The notes beneath the pieces are model-generated. The model saw only the letters and a list, made by a program, of their open reading frames with translations. It searched no databases and had not been told where the DNA came from. Positions 35,048 through 45,066 of a DNA stretch of 64,000 nt are shown here, piece by piece. The stretch is from Burkholderiales bacterium (GTDB taxonomy: Bacteria; Pseudomonadota; Gammaproteobacteria; Burkholderiales; Casimicrobiaceae): NCBI GenBank assembly GCA_017880805.1, contig JADGRP010000260.1:588-64587 (forward strand), read 5' to 3'. Positions within the stretch are counted from its first letter, which is position 1, and each line of letters opens with the position of its first letter. Both the position numbers and the translations under genes were made by a program.

Positions 35048-36022
35048 TCAGGCGGAAAGCTCGCGCAACAGCCGCCGCGCCAGCACCGACGCAACCTGCC
35101 GGCGGTAGTTCGATGCGGTCGCAGTCGTGCGCATCGGGCTTACCTGCTTTTGCACCAGCTTGGCGAGCGACGAGAGCGTGTCCGCGCCGACAGGTCTTCC
35201 CAGCAACGCGTCCGTACCGGCAAGCATGATCGGCTGCGGATTGGTGCCGGTGAGCGCCACGTGGAGTTCCGCAAGCTCGCCATCGCGAACCGAGAGCGCG
35301 CACGCTACCCCGGCCAGCGGGAAATCGATCGCGCCGCGGACACAGGCCTTGCGATACCCGGATACGAGACCGGCGGGCGGCGTTCGAAGGAAGACGCGCG
35401 CGAGCAACTCGTCGGCGGCGATCGTCAGATGCGCGGCACCGTCGTCGCGATACAGAGCGGAGAGCTCTATGCGGCGCGTGCCGCGGCTTGCAACCAGCTC
35501 TACCTCGGCACCGAGCACGAGCAGCGCGGGAGCCACATCTCCCGAGAACGCGGCATGGCAATGCCTACCCTGCGGCGCGACGTGGCAGACCTCACCGCCG
35601 CGCTTCAGGCAGTATCCGTTGGTCGCGCGCCACCATTCGCTCTGGTTGTAGAACACGCAGCGGGTGTCGAGGCAGAGATTGCCGCCGACCGTTGCCACGC
35701 TGCGATGACTCGGGCCTGCAACCGTGCGCGCGGCCTCGGCGATCGCCCGATAGCCGTGTACGATGCGGGCGTCAGCCGCAAGGCGAGATAGGGTCACGCC
35801 GGCGCCCAGCGAGAGCCCCTCGTCGGTAAAAACGATGCTGGCGAAGTCGTGAACCGCGCCGAGGTCGACAAGCATGGCGGGGCATTCGATTCCACGGCGC
35901 AAATTCGGCAGCAGACCGGTTCCGCCCGCGAGCAGACGGGCACCAGGCTCGGACGCGAGCAATGCAGCGGCTTCGGCAACGCTTTTCGGACGCTTGACGG
36001 AGAACGCGGACATGCGCTCCAT
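35048..36022 (-). CDS. hcrB: 4-hydroxybenzoyl-CoA reductase beta subunit (FAD, with extra [4Fe-4S]-binding loop)
   Basis: 324 aa. CO-dehydrogenase/XDH-type FAD domain (LLAGGTGLLPNLR) plus the Cys-rich insertion CLDTRCVFYNQSEWWRATNGYCLKRGGEVCHVAPQGRHCHAAFSGD, which is characteristic of 4-HBCR beta subunits. Confidence 0.82.
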   Translation of the reverse strand: MERMSAFSVKRPKSVAEAAALLASEPGARLLAGGTGLLPNLRRGIECPAMLVDLGAVHDFASIVFTDEGLSLGAGVTLSRLAADARIVHGYRAIAEAARTVAGPSHRSVATVGGNLCLDTRCVFYNQSEWWRATNGYCLKRGGEVCHVAPQGRHCHAAFSGDVAPALLVLGAEVELVASRGTRRIELSALYRDDGAAHLTIAADELLARVFLRTPPAGLVSGYRKACVRGAIDFPLAGVACALSVRDGELAELHVALTGTNPQPIMLAGTDALLGRPVGADTLSSLAKLVQKQVSPMRTTATASNYRRQVASVLARRLLRELSA

Positions 36023-36023
36023 C

Positions 36024-38417
36024 TCACCCTCCCACCGGTGCGCCGTGCGTGAGCGCAGCGGCGCTGGCCCGAAGACGTTCCTTGCGCTTGCGCGTTTGGA
36101 TCGCCTCGAGCACGCGATCGGGCGAGGCCGGCAACTCGGTCAGGCGTATGCCGATGGCGTTGCAGATCGCGTTGGTGAGCGCCGGCGCAAAGCTGTGCAA
36201 CGAACCTTCGCTCGCCTCTTTCGCGCCGAACGGCCCGAGCGGATCATGGCTCTCGACGAGCTTCACCTCGATCGGCGGCGACTCGACGATCGTCGGGATG
36301 CGGTAATCAAGCATGCTGGGGCGGAGCGGAAGCCCTTCGTGATATTGCGTCTCTTCCGAGAGCGCCTGTCCCATGCCCATCCACACCGCGCCTTGGACCT
36401 GGCCCTCGACGGCGAGCGGGTTGATCGCGAAGCCGCAGTCGTGCGCAACCCAGACGCGCTCGACGGTGACCGCACCGGTATCCTCGTCGACGCTGACCTC
36501 GACGACCTGCGCTGCGTACGAGAACCCGGCCGTCGAGCCGACGGCCGCACCGCGGAACTTGCCGCCCTGTGTTTCGGGCGGCGTCGACCACGTTCCCTTG
36601 ACGATCAGCGTTCCCGTGTCGACCAGCGCAGCGTCCACCGCCGCGGCGAAATCGAGACCGCGATCGGTCCCCGAAACACGGCAGTGCTCACCGTCCCACT
36701 CGATGTCATCGGGCTGGACCTCGAGACGCTTCGCGGCGGCGGCCACGAGTACACGCTTCATCTCCTGTGCCGCGCGAAGCGCCGCGTTGCCCACCATGAA
36801 CGACACGCGTGAAGAGTAAGAGCCGTTGTCCTTCGGCGTGAGCGCACTGTCGGTCGCGATGACGCGGATGCGTGCGAGCGGCAGCGAGAGCACCTCGGCC
36901 ACGATCTGCGCGAGCAGCGTGGAGGAGCCCTGACCGATGTCGGAGGCGCCGGTGAGAATGGTGATTCCGCCGTCGAAGTCGAGCTTGAGGTTGATCACCG
37001 CGTGCGGCTCGCCGCTCCAATGCACCGGTTTCGCCGATCCCGAGACATAGTGCGAGCAGGCGAGCCCGAGGCCGCGCCCGCGCGGCAGCTTGCCGAGGCG
37101 CTTCTTCCAGTCGGAAGCCGCCTCGACCCAATCGAGGCACGCGGAAAGCCCATATGAGTTGACCTGCAGGTCGTTGAGGGTGCGGTACGGCGGGGCGATC
37201 AGGTTGGCACGCCGCACCGCGAACGGATCGAGGCGAAGCTCGCCAGCCATGGTGTCGAGCAGCGATTCGAAAGCGTGCCGCACATCGACGGCGCCATGCC
37301 CGCGCATCGCGCCGCAGGGAGGCGTGTTGGTGTAGACGCGATAGCCACGGTACTTCACCGCCGGCACAGTGTAGAGCGCATGCAGCAGGGCGCCGGCATA
37401 GAGGATCGTGACCAGCCCGTAGCCGCCGTACGCTCCGCCGCGCTGGACGATCTCGCAGTCGACCGCGGTGATCTCACCGGTCGTCTTGAGGCCGAGCTTC
37501 AGGCGGATGTCGGTCTCAGGCCGCCCGCGATGGGTGAGGAAGCACTCCTCCCGCGACAGCGCCATTTTGACAGTCCCGCCGGCAGCGCGCGCGAGCAGTG
37601 CCGTGATCATCTCGAAGTTGAGCGGCTCTACCCGATGTCCGAAACCGCCGCCGACGAAGGGCTTGACCACGCGGATGCGGGAGCCGTCCATCCCTAGGCA
37701 GCGGGCGAGCGTCAGGTGCAGGTAGTACGGCACTTGGGTCACCGAATGCGTCGTGAGCCGATCGCACTCGGGCTCGTACGCCGCGACCGCCGCATTGAGC
37801 TCGATCTGGCCATGCGCGACTTCGGCATAGTGGAACGTCTGCTCGCACACGAGATTCGCGGCCGCAAAGCCCGCATCGACGTCACCGAACGACTGATCGA
37901 CCTCGCGTTCGATATTGCCCGCCTTCTTCTCGTGGAGCAGCACGGCGTCGGCGGCGCGCGCCTCGGCGGCGTGAAAATACGCGGGCAAGGGCTCGATGTC
38001 GAGCACGATGGCGGCGAGAGCCGCTCCTGCGGTTGATTCGTCGACCGCGGCCACCGCGGCTACGGGCTCGCCGCGATAGCGAACCTTGTCGCGGGCGAGC
38101 GGCCACTCGTTCTGCGCGATCGGGATCACGCCGTAGGGAGCGGCGAAATCCTCTCCGGTAACGACGGCACGCACGCCGGGAATCGCCCGCGCCGCGGTCG
38201 TGTCGATGCCCCGGATCAAGCCGTGCGCGATCGGACTTCTCAGGATCCGTCCGACGAGCGTTTCGCCGAAAGGAAGATCCGCGGTGTAGCGCGCCCGTCC
38301 CGTAACCTTCTCGATGCCGTCGATCAACGGAGTTCGTTGCCCAACCGTGCGCTCCCGCGAGGCGGCGGGCGCCGCCGGCGCCTGGCCACGCGCGGCCGTG
38401 TCGACGATGTCGTTCAT
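36024..38417 (-). CDS. hcrA: 4-hydroxybenzoyl-CoA reductase alpha subunit (molybdopterin-binding, XDH family)
   Basis: 797 aa. Aldehyde-oxidase/XDH a/b-hammerhead and Mo-cofactor domains ([14 protein letters not shown], motifs toward the C-terminus such as AKEASEG). Flanked by hcrC and hcrB. Confidence 0.85.
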   Translation of the reverse strand: MNDIVDTAARGQAPAAPAASRERTVGQRTPLIDGIEKVTGRARYTADLPFGETLVGRILRSPIAHGLIRGIDTTAARAIPGVRAVVTGEDFAAPYGVIPIAQNEWPLARDKVRYRGEPVAAVAAVDESTAGAALAAIVLDIEPLPAYFHAAEARAADAVLLHEKKAGNIEREVDQSFGDVDAGFAAANLVCEQTFHYAEVAHGQIELNAAVAAYEPECDRLTTHSVTQVPYYLHLTLARCLGMDGSRIRVVKPFVGGGFGHRVEPLNFEMITALLARAAGGTVKMALSREECFLTHRGRPETDIRLKLGLKTTGEITAVDCEIVQRGGAYGGYGLVTILYAGALLHALYTVPAVKYRGYRVYTNTPPCGAMRGHGAVDVRHAFESLLDTMAGELRLDPFAVRRANLIAPPYRTLNDLQVNSYGLSACLDWVEAASDWKKRLGKLPRGRGLGLACSHYVSGSAKPVHWSGEPHAVINLKLDFDGGITILTGASDIGQGSSTLLAQIVAEVLSLPLARIRVIATDSALTPKDNGSYSSRVSFMVGNAALRAAQEMKRVLVAAAAKRLEVQPDDIEWDGEHCRVSGTDRGLDFAAAVDAALVDTGTLIVKGTWSTPPETQGGKFRGAAVGSTAGFSYAAQVVEVSVDEDTGAVTVERVWVAHDCGFAINPLAVEGQVQGAVWMGMGQALSEETQYHEGLPLRPSMLDYRIPTIVESPPIEVKLVESHDPLGPFGAKEASEGSLHSFAPALTNAICNAIGIRLTELPASPDRVLEAIQTRKRKERLRASAAALTHGAPVGG

Positions 38418-38421
38418 CGCA

Positions 38422-38892
38422 TCAATCTCCGGCGGCCGCCTGCACCGACTCGATGATCTTCACATAGCCGGTGCAGCGGCAGAGGTTGCCCGATAGCGCC
38501 TCGCGGATCTCGACCTCGGTCGGGCTCGGGCGGCGTCGCAGCAGCCCCTCGGCCGCCATGATCATCCCTGGCGTGCAAAAGCCGCACTGGGTGCCAAGCT
38601 TTTCGTGGAACGCCTGCTGCAGGCGACTCATTCGGCCGTCGATCACAAGGCCTTCGATCGTCTCCACGTTCCTGCCTTCGCAGCTCGCCGCAAGCGTGAT
38701 GCAGGCGAGCCGCGGCTCGCCGTCGATCAACACCGTGCAGGCGCCGCATTCGCCGCCGTCGCAGCCTTCTTTGGTTCCGGTCAGCCCCGCGGTTTGGCGC
38801 AGATAGTCGAGCAGCAGCATGTGATCGGCAACCGCGTCCTCGCGCGCGCGCCCATTGACCGTCAGTGCGACGAGGCGTTTGGCCACGGTCAT
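38422..38892 (-). CDS. hcrC: 4-hydroxybenzoyl-CoA reductase gamma subunit (2x[2Fe-2S])
   Basis: 156 aa. [12 protein letters not shown] (plant-type) plus [11 protein letters not shown]...CRCTGY (second cluster). The ATG overlaps the stop of the upstream ligase gene (ATGA). Confidence 0.88.
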   Translation of the reverse strand: MTVAKRLVALTVNGRAREDAVADHMLLLDYLRQTAGLTGTKEGCDGGECGACTVLIDGEPRLACITLAASCEGRNVETIEGLVIDGRMSRLQQAFHEKLGTQCGFCTPGMIMAAEGLLRRRPSPTEVEIREALSGNLCRCTGYVKIIESVQAAAGD

Positions 38893-40235
38893 TCCTTCGG
38901 CCGCAGATCGCGCACCCGCACCGCCTTGCCCTGGGAGCGAGGAATCTCGTCGGGTTTCTTCACGACCACGTCGGTGGTGATGCCGATCAGCGACTTGATA
39001 TGGTGCGCGACATCGCGTGCAATGGCCTCGAACGCGTCGGGCGGGACGCCATGCCGCACTTCGACTTCGACGGTCATATGGTCGAGGCTCCCGCGGCGTT
39101 CGACGACGAGCTGGTAGTGCGGCGCGATGTGTGCGGTGCCGATGAGCACCGCCTCGACCTGTGACGGATAAACGTTGACCCCACGGATGATCAGCATGTC
39201 ATCGGTGCGTCCGGTGATGCGAAGAATGCGCAGATGCGTGCGTCCGCAATCGCAGGGGGCACGTGTCACGCGCGTGATGTCGCGCGTACGGTAGCGCAGC
39301 ATCGGCAGCGCCTCTTTGGTCAGCGTGGTGATCACGAGCTCGCCGGCATGCCCCTCGGGCACCGGCGCGTTGCTCTCCGGATCGATGACCTCGAACAGGA
39401 AATGGTCCTCCCAGCCGTGCAGGCCGGACCGATGCTCGCATTCACATGCGACCCCCGGCCCCATGATCTCCGAAAGGCCGTAGATGTCGATGGCCGTGAG
39501 CCCCAGCCGCACCTCGATTTCCTGGCGCATTGCCTCGCTCCACGGCTCGGCTCCGAACAGGCCGACCTCGAGCGCGCTCTGGCGCAGGTCCACGCCCTGA
39601 CGTTCGGCCAATTCGGCAATCGCGAGCGCGTAGGACGGTGTCGAGCAAAGTACGCGCGCGCCAAAGTCCGTGATCAGCGCAATCTGGCGTTCGGTGGATC
39701 CACCCGACATCGGCACAACGGTGGCGCCGAGTCGCTCCGCACCATAGTGCGCGCCCAAGCCGCCGGTGAACAGTCCGTAGCCGTACGCGTTGTGGACGAG
39801 ATCGCCGGGCCGCGCGCCCGCGCAGGCAAACGAGCGCGCCATCAGATCGGCCCAAGTGCGCAGATCGTTCTCGGTGTATCCGACGACGGTCGGCTTGCCC
39901 GTCGTGCCCGACGACGCGTGCAGTCGCGCAAGACTGCTGCGCGGCCGCGCGAACAACCCGAATGGGTAGTTGTCGCGCAGGTCGGTCTTGACGGTGAACG
40001 GCAAGAGCCGGATGTCGTCTAGGCTGCGCACGTCGTTCGGTTCGATAAAGGCAGCATCGAGCCTTGCGCGGTGAAAAGGCACGTTCTCGTAGGCGTTCTT
40101 TGTGGTTGCGCGCAGTCGCTTGAGCTGCAGCGCCGCAAGCCGCTCGCGCGGCATCGTCTCGCGCGCACGCTCGAAGTAGTAGTGGCTCGCGCCTGCGACG
40201 CTCACTCCCGCTTCCGCCATCGTCGTTGCACCCAT
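38889..40235 (-). CDS. paaK: Phenylacetate-CoA ligase family protein (PaaK/PadJ type)
   Basis: ORF 38889..40259 trimmed to the ATG at 40235, preceded by GAGGAG; 448 aa. [69 protein letters not shown]. Confidence 0.85.
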   Translation of the reverse strand: MGATTMAEAGVSVAGASHYYFERARETMPRERLAALQLKRLRATTKNAYENVPFHRARLDAAFIEPNDVRSLDDIRLLPFTVKTDLRDNYPFGLFARPRSSLARLHASSGTTGKPTVVGYTENDLRTWADLMARSFACAGARPGDLVHNAYGYGLFTGGLGAHYGAERLGATVVPMSGGSTERQIALITDFGARVLCSTPSYALAIAELAERQGVDLRQSALEVGLFGAEPWSEAMRQEIEVRLGLTAIDIYGLSEIMGPGVACECEHRSGLHGWEDHFLFEVIDPESNAPVPEGHAGELVITTLTKEALPMLRYRTRDITRVTRAPCDCGRTHLRILRITGRTDDMLIIRGVNVYPSQVEAVLIGTAHIAPHYQLVVERRGSLDHMTVEVEVRHGVPPDAFEAIARDVAHHIKSLIGITTDVVVKKPDEIPRSQGKAVRVRDLRPKE

Positions 40236-40265
40236 CGGGTCTCCTCGGATCGGTCGCATTGTCGT

Positions 40266-41126
40266 CTACGGGCGCGCGCCGCGCACGGGAAGATGCGCCA
40301 GCGCGAAACCCTGGTTGAAACCGGCGCGGGTGACGATCACGAGCTTGACCCAGGCGCCGGCAAGTGCCGCCAGCAATCCGGCCAGCGCCGCGATTGGCAA
40401 CGCGAATACACCGGCGAATGCCGCGGCCGCGGCCAGCACGAGCGGCAGCAGCGTGCCCGCGAACATCAAGACGCGTCCCGCGGCATCCAGCGCCGCTCGC
40501 GCTCCCGGTGCCACGCCGCCGGCGAGGCGTCGCCGATACGCGACCCAAACTGCGAACCGCGCGATTACGAGCGCACCGAACAGCATCACCGTCGCGCCCG
40601 TTGCGGCGCCATGTAGCGGCGCTGTCAGCAGGAACACGCCGCCACCTTCGGCGAGCCCCGTCGTCACGAACAAGGGCTGCAGAAGTGGTTCGCGCCACGC
40701 CGGGATGCCCTTCGCGGCCTGCAGCAGACGCGCCTGGCAATAGACAAACACCAGCGCGAGCGCGGCGGCGGCCCAGCCAATATCCGCCACTCCCGCCGCC
40801 GCGACGAGGCCGACGGGGAACAGCAGCATCGCGGTCCAGGCCTCGCGTGCCATCCATGATGTGCGCGGATTGCGCAGCACTCTGATCGCCCGGAGCGGTC
40901 GTCCCAGCTCGAGCGCAACGCAGAGCAGTCCCAGGCCAACGAGCCCGAGCCCGGCCAGCAGCAGCGCCGACAGCGCCGGCCCGGTCGCGCCGGAAAGCAC
41001 GGCGAATATGACAAGACTCCCGCCCATGCCGCCGCCGATGAAATTGCCGGCCGCACGAGCGTCCCAGCTCGTCTGCTGCCACGGTTTGGGGCCGTAGCTC
41101 CCGTAGGCTTTCGCCGGACCCGTCAT
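40266..41126 (-). CDS. padD: Membrane anchor subunit of a DMSO-reductase-family oxidoreductase (PadD/DmsC-like)
   Basis: ORF 40266..41375 trimmed to the ATG at 41126 (ATGA overlap with the padC stop); 286 aa, about 8 TM helices (ELGRPLRAIRVLRNPRTSWMAREAW is typical of DmsC/NrfD-like anchors). Confidence 0.6.
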   Translation of the reverse strand: MTGPAKAYGSYGPKPWQQTSWDARAAGNFIGGGMGGSLVIFAVLSGATGPALSALLLAGLGLVGLGLLCVALELGRPLRAIRVLRNPRTSWMAREAWTAMLLFPVGLVAAAGVADIGWAAAALALVFVYCQARLLQAAKGIPAWREPLLQPLFVTTGLAEGGGVFLLTAPLHGAATGATVMLFGALVIARFAVWVAYRRRLAGGVAPGARAALDAAGRVLMFAGTLLPLVLAAAAAFAGVFALPIAALAGLLAALAGAWVKLVIVTRAGFNQGFALAHLPVRGARP

Positions 41127-41782
41127 TCGGCCGCCTCCGCATTCCGATCCCAAAGGTAATAGAAGCCCGGGCCCGTCCCGAGCTCCTCGTGCATGCGGAA
41201 GGTCGAGTTGTGCGCGAGGAGTTGCGACACGTTGCTCTGCGGGTCGTCGAGGTTGCCGAACGCCAGCGCCTGCGCGATGCACGAGTTGACGCATGCCGGC
41301 GTTGCCTCGGGATCGGCGCCAGGCGTCATTCCCTGCGCGAGGCCTGCGTCGATCCGATCGACGCAGAACGTGCACTTGGTCGCGACGGCGAGCCGCGAAT
41401 CATCGCGCCGTTTGGCCTCGTTCTCCATCTCGGTACCGTACGCAAACGCCGGTCGCAACGTCTTGTGGCGTGCCTGGTACGGGCACGCGACCGCGCAATA
41501 GGCGCAACCGATACAGATGTCGTAGTCGATCGTGACGATGCCGTCGGCGCGCTTTTTCGTTGCCGTCGTCGGGCAGACGTCCATGCACGGCGGGTCGTCG
41601 CAATGCTGGCAACCGACCGGCACGAACGCGCGCGTTACGTCCGGGTACTCGCCCTGTTCGATGTCGAGGACGCGGCGCCACTGGACGCCGGGCGGAGTCG
41701 CGTTGGCGTGACGGCAGGCCGCCGTGCACGTCTGGCAACCAACGCAGCGGCGAAGATCGGCCACCATGACCCAGCGCGTCAT
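41123..41782 (-). CDS. padC: 4x[4Fe-4S] electron-transfer subunit (PadC/DmsB-like)
   Basis: ORF 41123..42178 trimmed to the ATG at 41782 (ATGA overlap with the padB stop); 219 aa. CVGCQTCTAAC, CQHCDDPPCMDVCP, CIGCAYCAVACP, CTFCVDR. Confidence 0.7.
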   Translation of the reverse strand: MTRWVMVADLRRCVGCQTCTAACRHANATPPGVQWRRVLDIEQGEYPDVTRAFVPVGCQHCDDPPCMDVCPTTATKKRADGIVTIDYDICIGCAYCAVACPYQARHKTLRPAFAYGTEMENEAKRRDDSRLAVATKCTFCVDRIDAGLAQGMTPGADPEATPACVNSCIAQALAFGNLDDPQSNVSQLLAHNSTFRMHEELGTGPGFYYLWDRNAEAAE

Positions 41783-44550
41783 CTGGCGGCCCCTTGCTTC
41801 GCATTCGCTGCGGCGGGGGCGCGCACTGCGGCCGCCGCGGCGATCTTCACGCGCACGATGTCGGCGCCGGAGCCGGTCGCGTCGGTGAGGTCGAGCGACA
41901 TCGTCACGAGCGAGTTCATGCTGGGCATGCCGAAATCCCTGGTAAACGGCGTCGCCCAGTGGTCGAACTGACCGAGCAGGAGCAACGTGTCGGGGCGGAT
42001 CCCCTGCCGCAGAACGGCGCGGCCCCGCACGCTGCGCTGCGGCGTCGCAATCTCCACCTGCTCGCCGTCCGCGATGCCCAGCTTCTCGGCCATCCCTGTG
42101 TTGATAATCACGCCGCGGTGGCCCGCAATGTTGTCGGCGACCTCCTTGATCAGTTGCATGCCGACGTTGGCGCCCCACGCATACTGCATGCTGCGTGCGG
42201 TCAGCAGCCAGAACGGATAATCCTTCGGCTCTCCGCCCGCCTTAACTACGGCCGCGATCCACGGCGCGCTGAAATCCTTGCACACGGGCAAGGTCTGATA
42301 TTCCTTGAGCTGCGTGTCCCACCAGTGCATGTCGTTCTCGTGCAGCCGACGACCGAGCTCGGCGCCGACGCGCCATAGGCGCTCCTGATACGGCAGCTCG
42401 AAGCGCAGCCCCTGCCTGACGAGCTCCGGGAACAAATACCAATTCACGCGCGGGAAGGGCTTGGTCGCGAGGCCGTGCTCCTTCCACCAGGCAAGACCGT
42501 GCTGCTCCCGGCCGTCGCTGACCTCCGCGCTCGCCGCGCGGCAGACCGCATCCCAGATCTTTTCCGGCGGATGCGCCTCGGTCGTCGGTAGCGAGAAGTC
42601 CCAGCACGGACCCTTGAGCGGAGCGCCGGCTGCGCCACGATTGATCGCCGCGTTGTACTTCTCGAGCAGTCCAACGCGCTGCGAAAGCTCAGTGGCGATT
42701 GCCGTGAAGTCGCGCGCGTCACCGCGGGTCGCGACGGCCGGCTGCCGCAGCGCGAAGCCCTGCCGGTCCCAGAACTGCTCGACGAACTTCGAGCCGCCAA
42801 TGCGGATCAGCTGGAGGCTTTCCAGGTCGGTGGCCTCGGGAAGCAGCAGATCGGCGAAATGATTGGTTTCGTCCCGCGTATATGCGAAAGCCACCATGAA
42901 CGGAAAGCGCGCCATCTTGTCGGCGACGGCGGCGGTGTCCCAGAACGAGATCGCGGGATTCGTGCGGTAGACGAACCAGACGTCCGGCAGCGTGACGCGC
43001 GGCAGGCCCTTCGGTGTCTCGTCGAGAAACATCCACGAAAAATGGGTGGGACCGAGCGCCTGGCTCCACGGGCCGTTCCCCGCGAGGGGCACCATGGTCC
43101 GATACGCATTGCGGATATTGGGCTGCGGAGACCAGTGCGCCTTATCGGTCGGGTTGAGCGGGTACGCCATGAAGCCGTCCGGCCCCGGCTTCACACTCTC
43201 GATGCGCGCGGTCACCTGCCGATTCAGGCGCACCGTCGTGCCGAGCGTACCGCCGGGCACTTCCAACGCGCCGACGAGCGCGGCAAGCATGGTGCGCGCC
43301 CAAACGCATTCGAAACCACCCCAGCCATTGTTGACCGTCTTGCCCAAGCTCACGGCGACCGGGCGATAGGGCAGCGTGACACCGTCGATCTCGATCGTTT
43401 CGCCGATACGCGCGTGCTCGACGAACTCGTGCGCGATGCGGCGCATGGTCGCGGCGGAGACGTCGCAGATACCTTCCGCCCACTCGGGGGTGTACGCCGC
43501 CATGTGGAGGACGAGCTTGGTAAACGCGGTTTCGCCGGTGAGGGACCCCTCGGCAAGCACCTCGTCGTCCGCTCCGATCTCCATCGAGTCGGCGTCGTAC
43601 CGCCCTTCGAGCGCCTCGGCCAGTCCTGGCGTGTCGAACGGCACGGCGGCGTTGCGGGCCGTGTCCCACACGAGCGGTTTGCGCGTCGCGCGATCGCGCA
43701 GGTAATAACCGTTCGGCCCGACTAGATACGGCGACGCGGTGTGGCGAGAGAGGAACGCTACGTCGAGCCGACGGCGCGGAATCTCGTGCAATAACGTGTG
43801 AACGAGTGCGTAGAGAAACGCGGCGTCGGTCTTGGGCTTGATCGGAACCCACTCTGCGGAGCAGGCCCCGGTGACCGAGAGATGCGGCTCGACCTGCACG
43901 CGTTTCATGCCGCGAATGCGGGCGTTGGCATGGCGCCACACGCCGACGACACCGCCGGATGCCTCGACGTTCGCACCGCAGGAGATAAGGTAATCGGTGA
44001 GCGGGGTGTCCGGCGAGACCGTGAACGCGCGGTGCCAGAACTCGCCGTAGAGGTGCTCGGAGTGGTAGCACTTCACCCCCTGCCCCGACCCGAAGCCCAT
44101 GTCGACCGGCCCCCAGGCCGCGAGGAATGCGGCAAACGTGCCCATGTACGACTGCGGCGTGCCCGCTCCGCCCAGACTCACGGCGAGCCGCGGATAGCCC
44201 GATTCGTCGGTCAGACCCTGCTCGCGCACGCGGTTCAGCCGTTCGGCGATCAGCTCGAACGCCTCGTTCCAGCCGATCGGCACGAATCCGGGATCCTCAT
44301 CGCGACCCTTGCGCGGGTTCGTCCGCTTCATCGGTGTCAGCACGCGATTCGGGTTGTACGTCTTCTGCACCAGCCCGTACGCTTTCACGCACACCTTGCC
44401 GCCGCCAGGATGCACGCCCGCCGCGCAGAAATTCGGTTCCACCTCGGTGGCCACGCCGTCGACGACTTTGACGGTGAGCAAATCGGGCCCGGCAACGCAC
44501 TGGTAGCAGTACGTCGGCACGCGCAAGACGCGTTCGGCCGGTTGGTTCAA
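41779..44550 (-). CDS. padB: Molybdopterin (bis-MGD) catalytic subunit, phenylacetyl-CoA:acceptor oxidoreductase-like (PadB)
   Basis: 923 aa. N-terminal Fe-S motif CYQCVAGPD...C..., no twin-arginine leader, DMSO-reductase-family length. Context is padB-padC-padD followed by a PaaK-type ligase, as in the Azoarcus/Aromatoleum pad clusters. Confidence 0.6.
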   Translation of the reverse strand: MNQPAERVLRVPTYCYQCVAGPDLLTVKVVDGVATEVEPNFCAAGVHPGGGKVCVKAYGLVQKTYNPNRVLTPMKRTNPRKGRDEDPGFVPIGWNEAFELIAERLNRVREQGLTDESGYPRLAVSLGGAGTPQSYMGTFAAFLAAWGPVDMGFGSGQGVKCYHSEHLYGEFWHRAFTVSPDTPLTDYLISCGANVEASGGVVGVWRHANARIRGMKRVQVEPHLSVTGACSAEWVPIKPKTDAAFLYALVHTLLHEIPRRRLDVAFLSRHTASPYLVGPNGYYLRDRATRKPLVWDTARNAAVPFDTPGLAEALEGRYDADSMEIGADDEVLAEGSLTGETAFTKLVLHMAAYTPEWAEGICDVSAATMRRIAHEFVEHARIGETIEIDGVTLPYRPVAVSLGKTVNNGWGGFECVWARTMLAALVGALEVPGGTLGTTVRLNRQVTARIESVKPGPDGFMAYPLNPTDKAHWSPQPNIRNAYRTMVPLAGNGPWSQALGPTHFSWMFLDETPKGLPRVTLPDVWFVYRTNPAISFWDTAAVADKMARFPFMVAFAYTRDETNHFADLLLPEATDLESLQLIRIGGSKFVEQFWDRQGFALRQPAVATRGDARDFTAIATELSQRVGLLEKYNAAINRGAAGAPLKGPCWDFSLPTTEAHPPEKIWDAVCRAASAEVSDGREQHGLAWWKEHGLATKPFPRVNWYLFPELVRQGLRFELPYQERLWRVGAELGRRLHENDMHWWDTQLKEYQTLPVCKDFSAPWIAAVVKAGGEPKDYPFWLLTARSMQYAWGANVGMQLIKEVADNIAGHRGVIINTGMAEKLGIADGEQVEIATPQRSVRGRAVLRQGIRPDTLLLLGQFDHWATPFTRDFGMPSMNSLVTMSLDLTDATGSGADIVRVKIAAAAAVRAPAAANAKQGAAR

Positions 44551-44954
44551 GCGAGCCCCGCCTTTTTCGCCTTGGCCGCGAGCCGTGCCTCGGTGGTCTT
44601 GACGTCGACGACAAAGCGCTGATGCTTGCCGCGACAGATGGCGTCCACACTGTCTCGACCCACGACGTCCAGCGTGACGGCGCGACCCTTGACCTCGGCG
44701 ATCGTCACTGTGAGCTCGACCGGCATGTCCATCAGGGTCGCGGCGAGATGATCGAGCTCGATGCGTGTGCCGACCGAGTCCTCGCCGGGATCGAGGTGCT
44801 GGAGCAGCAGCTCGCGGCAGGCGACCTCGATGTCGCGCACCAGCATGGGGGTCGCGTACACCCGCGCCTTTTCTCCCATGAAATCGATCGTACGCTCGCG
44901 GTCGACCGTCAGCTTTGAGGTTGCGGTCACGCCTGCGACCAGTGAAGACTTCAT
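44547..44954 (-). CDS. Hot-dog fold acyl-CoA thioesterase (FlK-like subfamily pattern)
   Basis: ORF 44547..45005 trimmed to the ATG at 44954, preceded by GGAG; 135 aa. VYATPMLVRDIEVACRELL..GTRIELDHLAAT pattern. The stop overlaps the padB ATG (ATGA). Confidence 0.6.
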   Translation of the reverse strand: MKSSLVAGVTATSKLTVDRERTIDFMGEKARVYATPMLVRDIEVACRELLLQHLDPGEDSVGTRIELDHLAATLMDMPVELTVTIAEVKGRAVTLDVVGRDSVDAICRGKHQRFVVDVKTTEARLAAKAKKAGLA

Positions 44955-45066
44955 TCGATGCTCCGGTTGTGCGTTGAAATGAACGGTCGCATTACGTTGC
45001 CACAAGCCATCATGGCTGTGGCTGCTGCGTTAAGGGACCTAGGTGGTCGCGGGGATCGCATGCCGG

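Noticed and set aside
34998-35561. N-terminal 188-codon extension of the 912-aa ORF 32823..35561, and analogous long extensions of ORFs 10998..12527, 26909..28609, 29024..30097, 41123..42178, 40266..41375 and 54584..56212
   Set aside because: The extensions overlap the upstream, motif-bearing gene in another frame and have artefact-like composition. Internal ATG/GTG starts have SD sequences and/or stop-start overlaps and give protein lengths normal for each family.
44998-45023. Inverted repeat GCCACA(A)GCCATG / CATGGCTGTGGC between livF-like and the thioesterase gene, considered as an intrinsic terminator
   Set aside because: No U-tract follows it on the transcribed (minus) strand. It could be an operator or RNA structure, but I have no supporting evidence, so it is not called as a feature.
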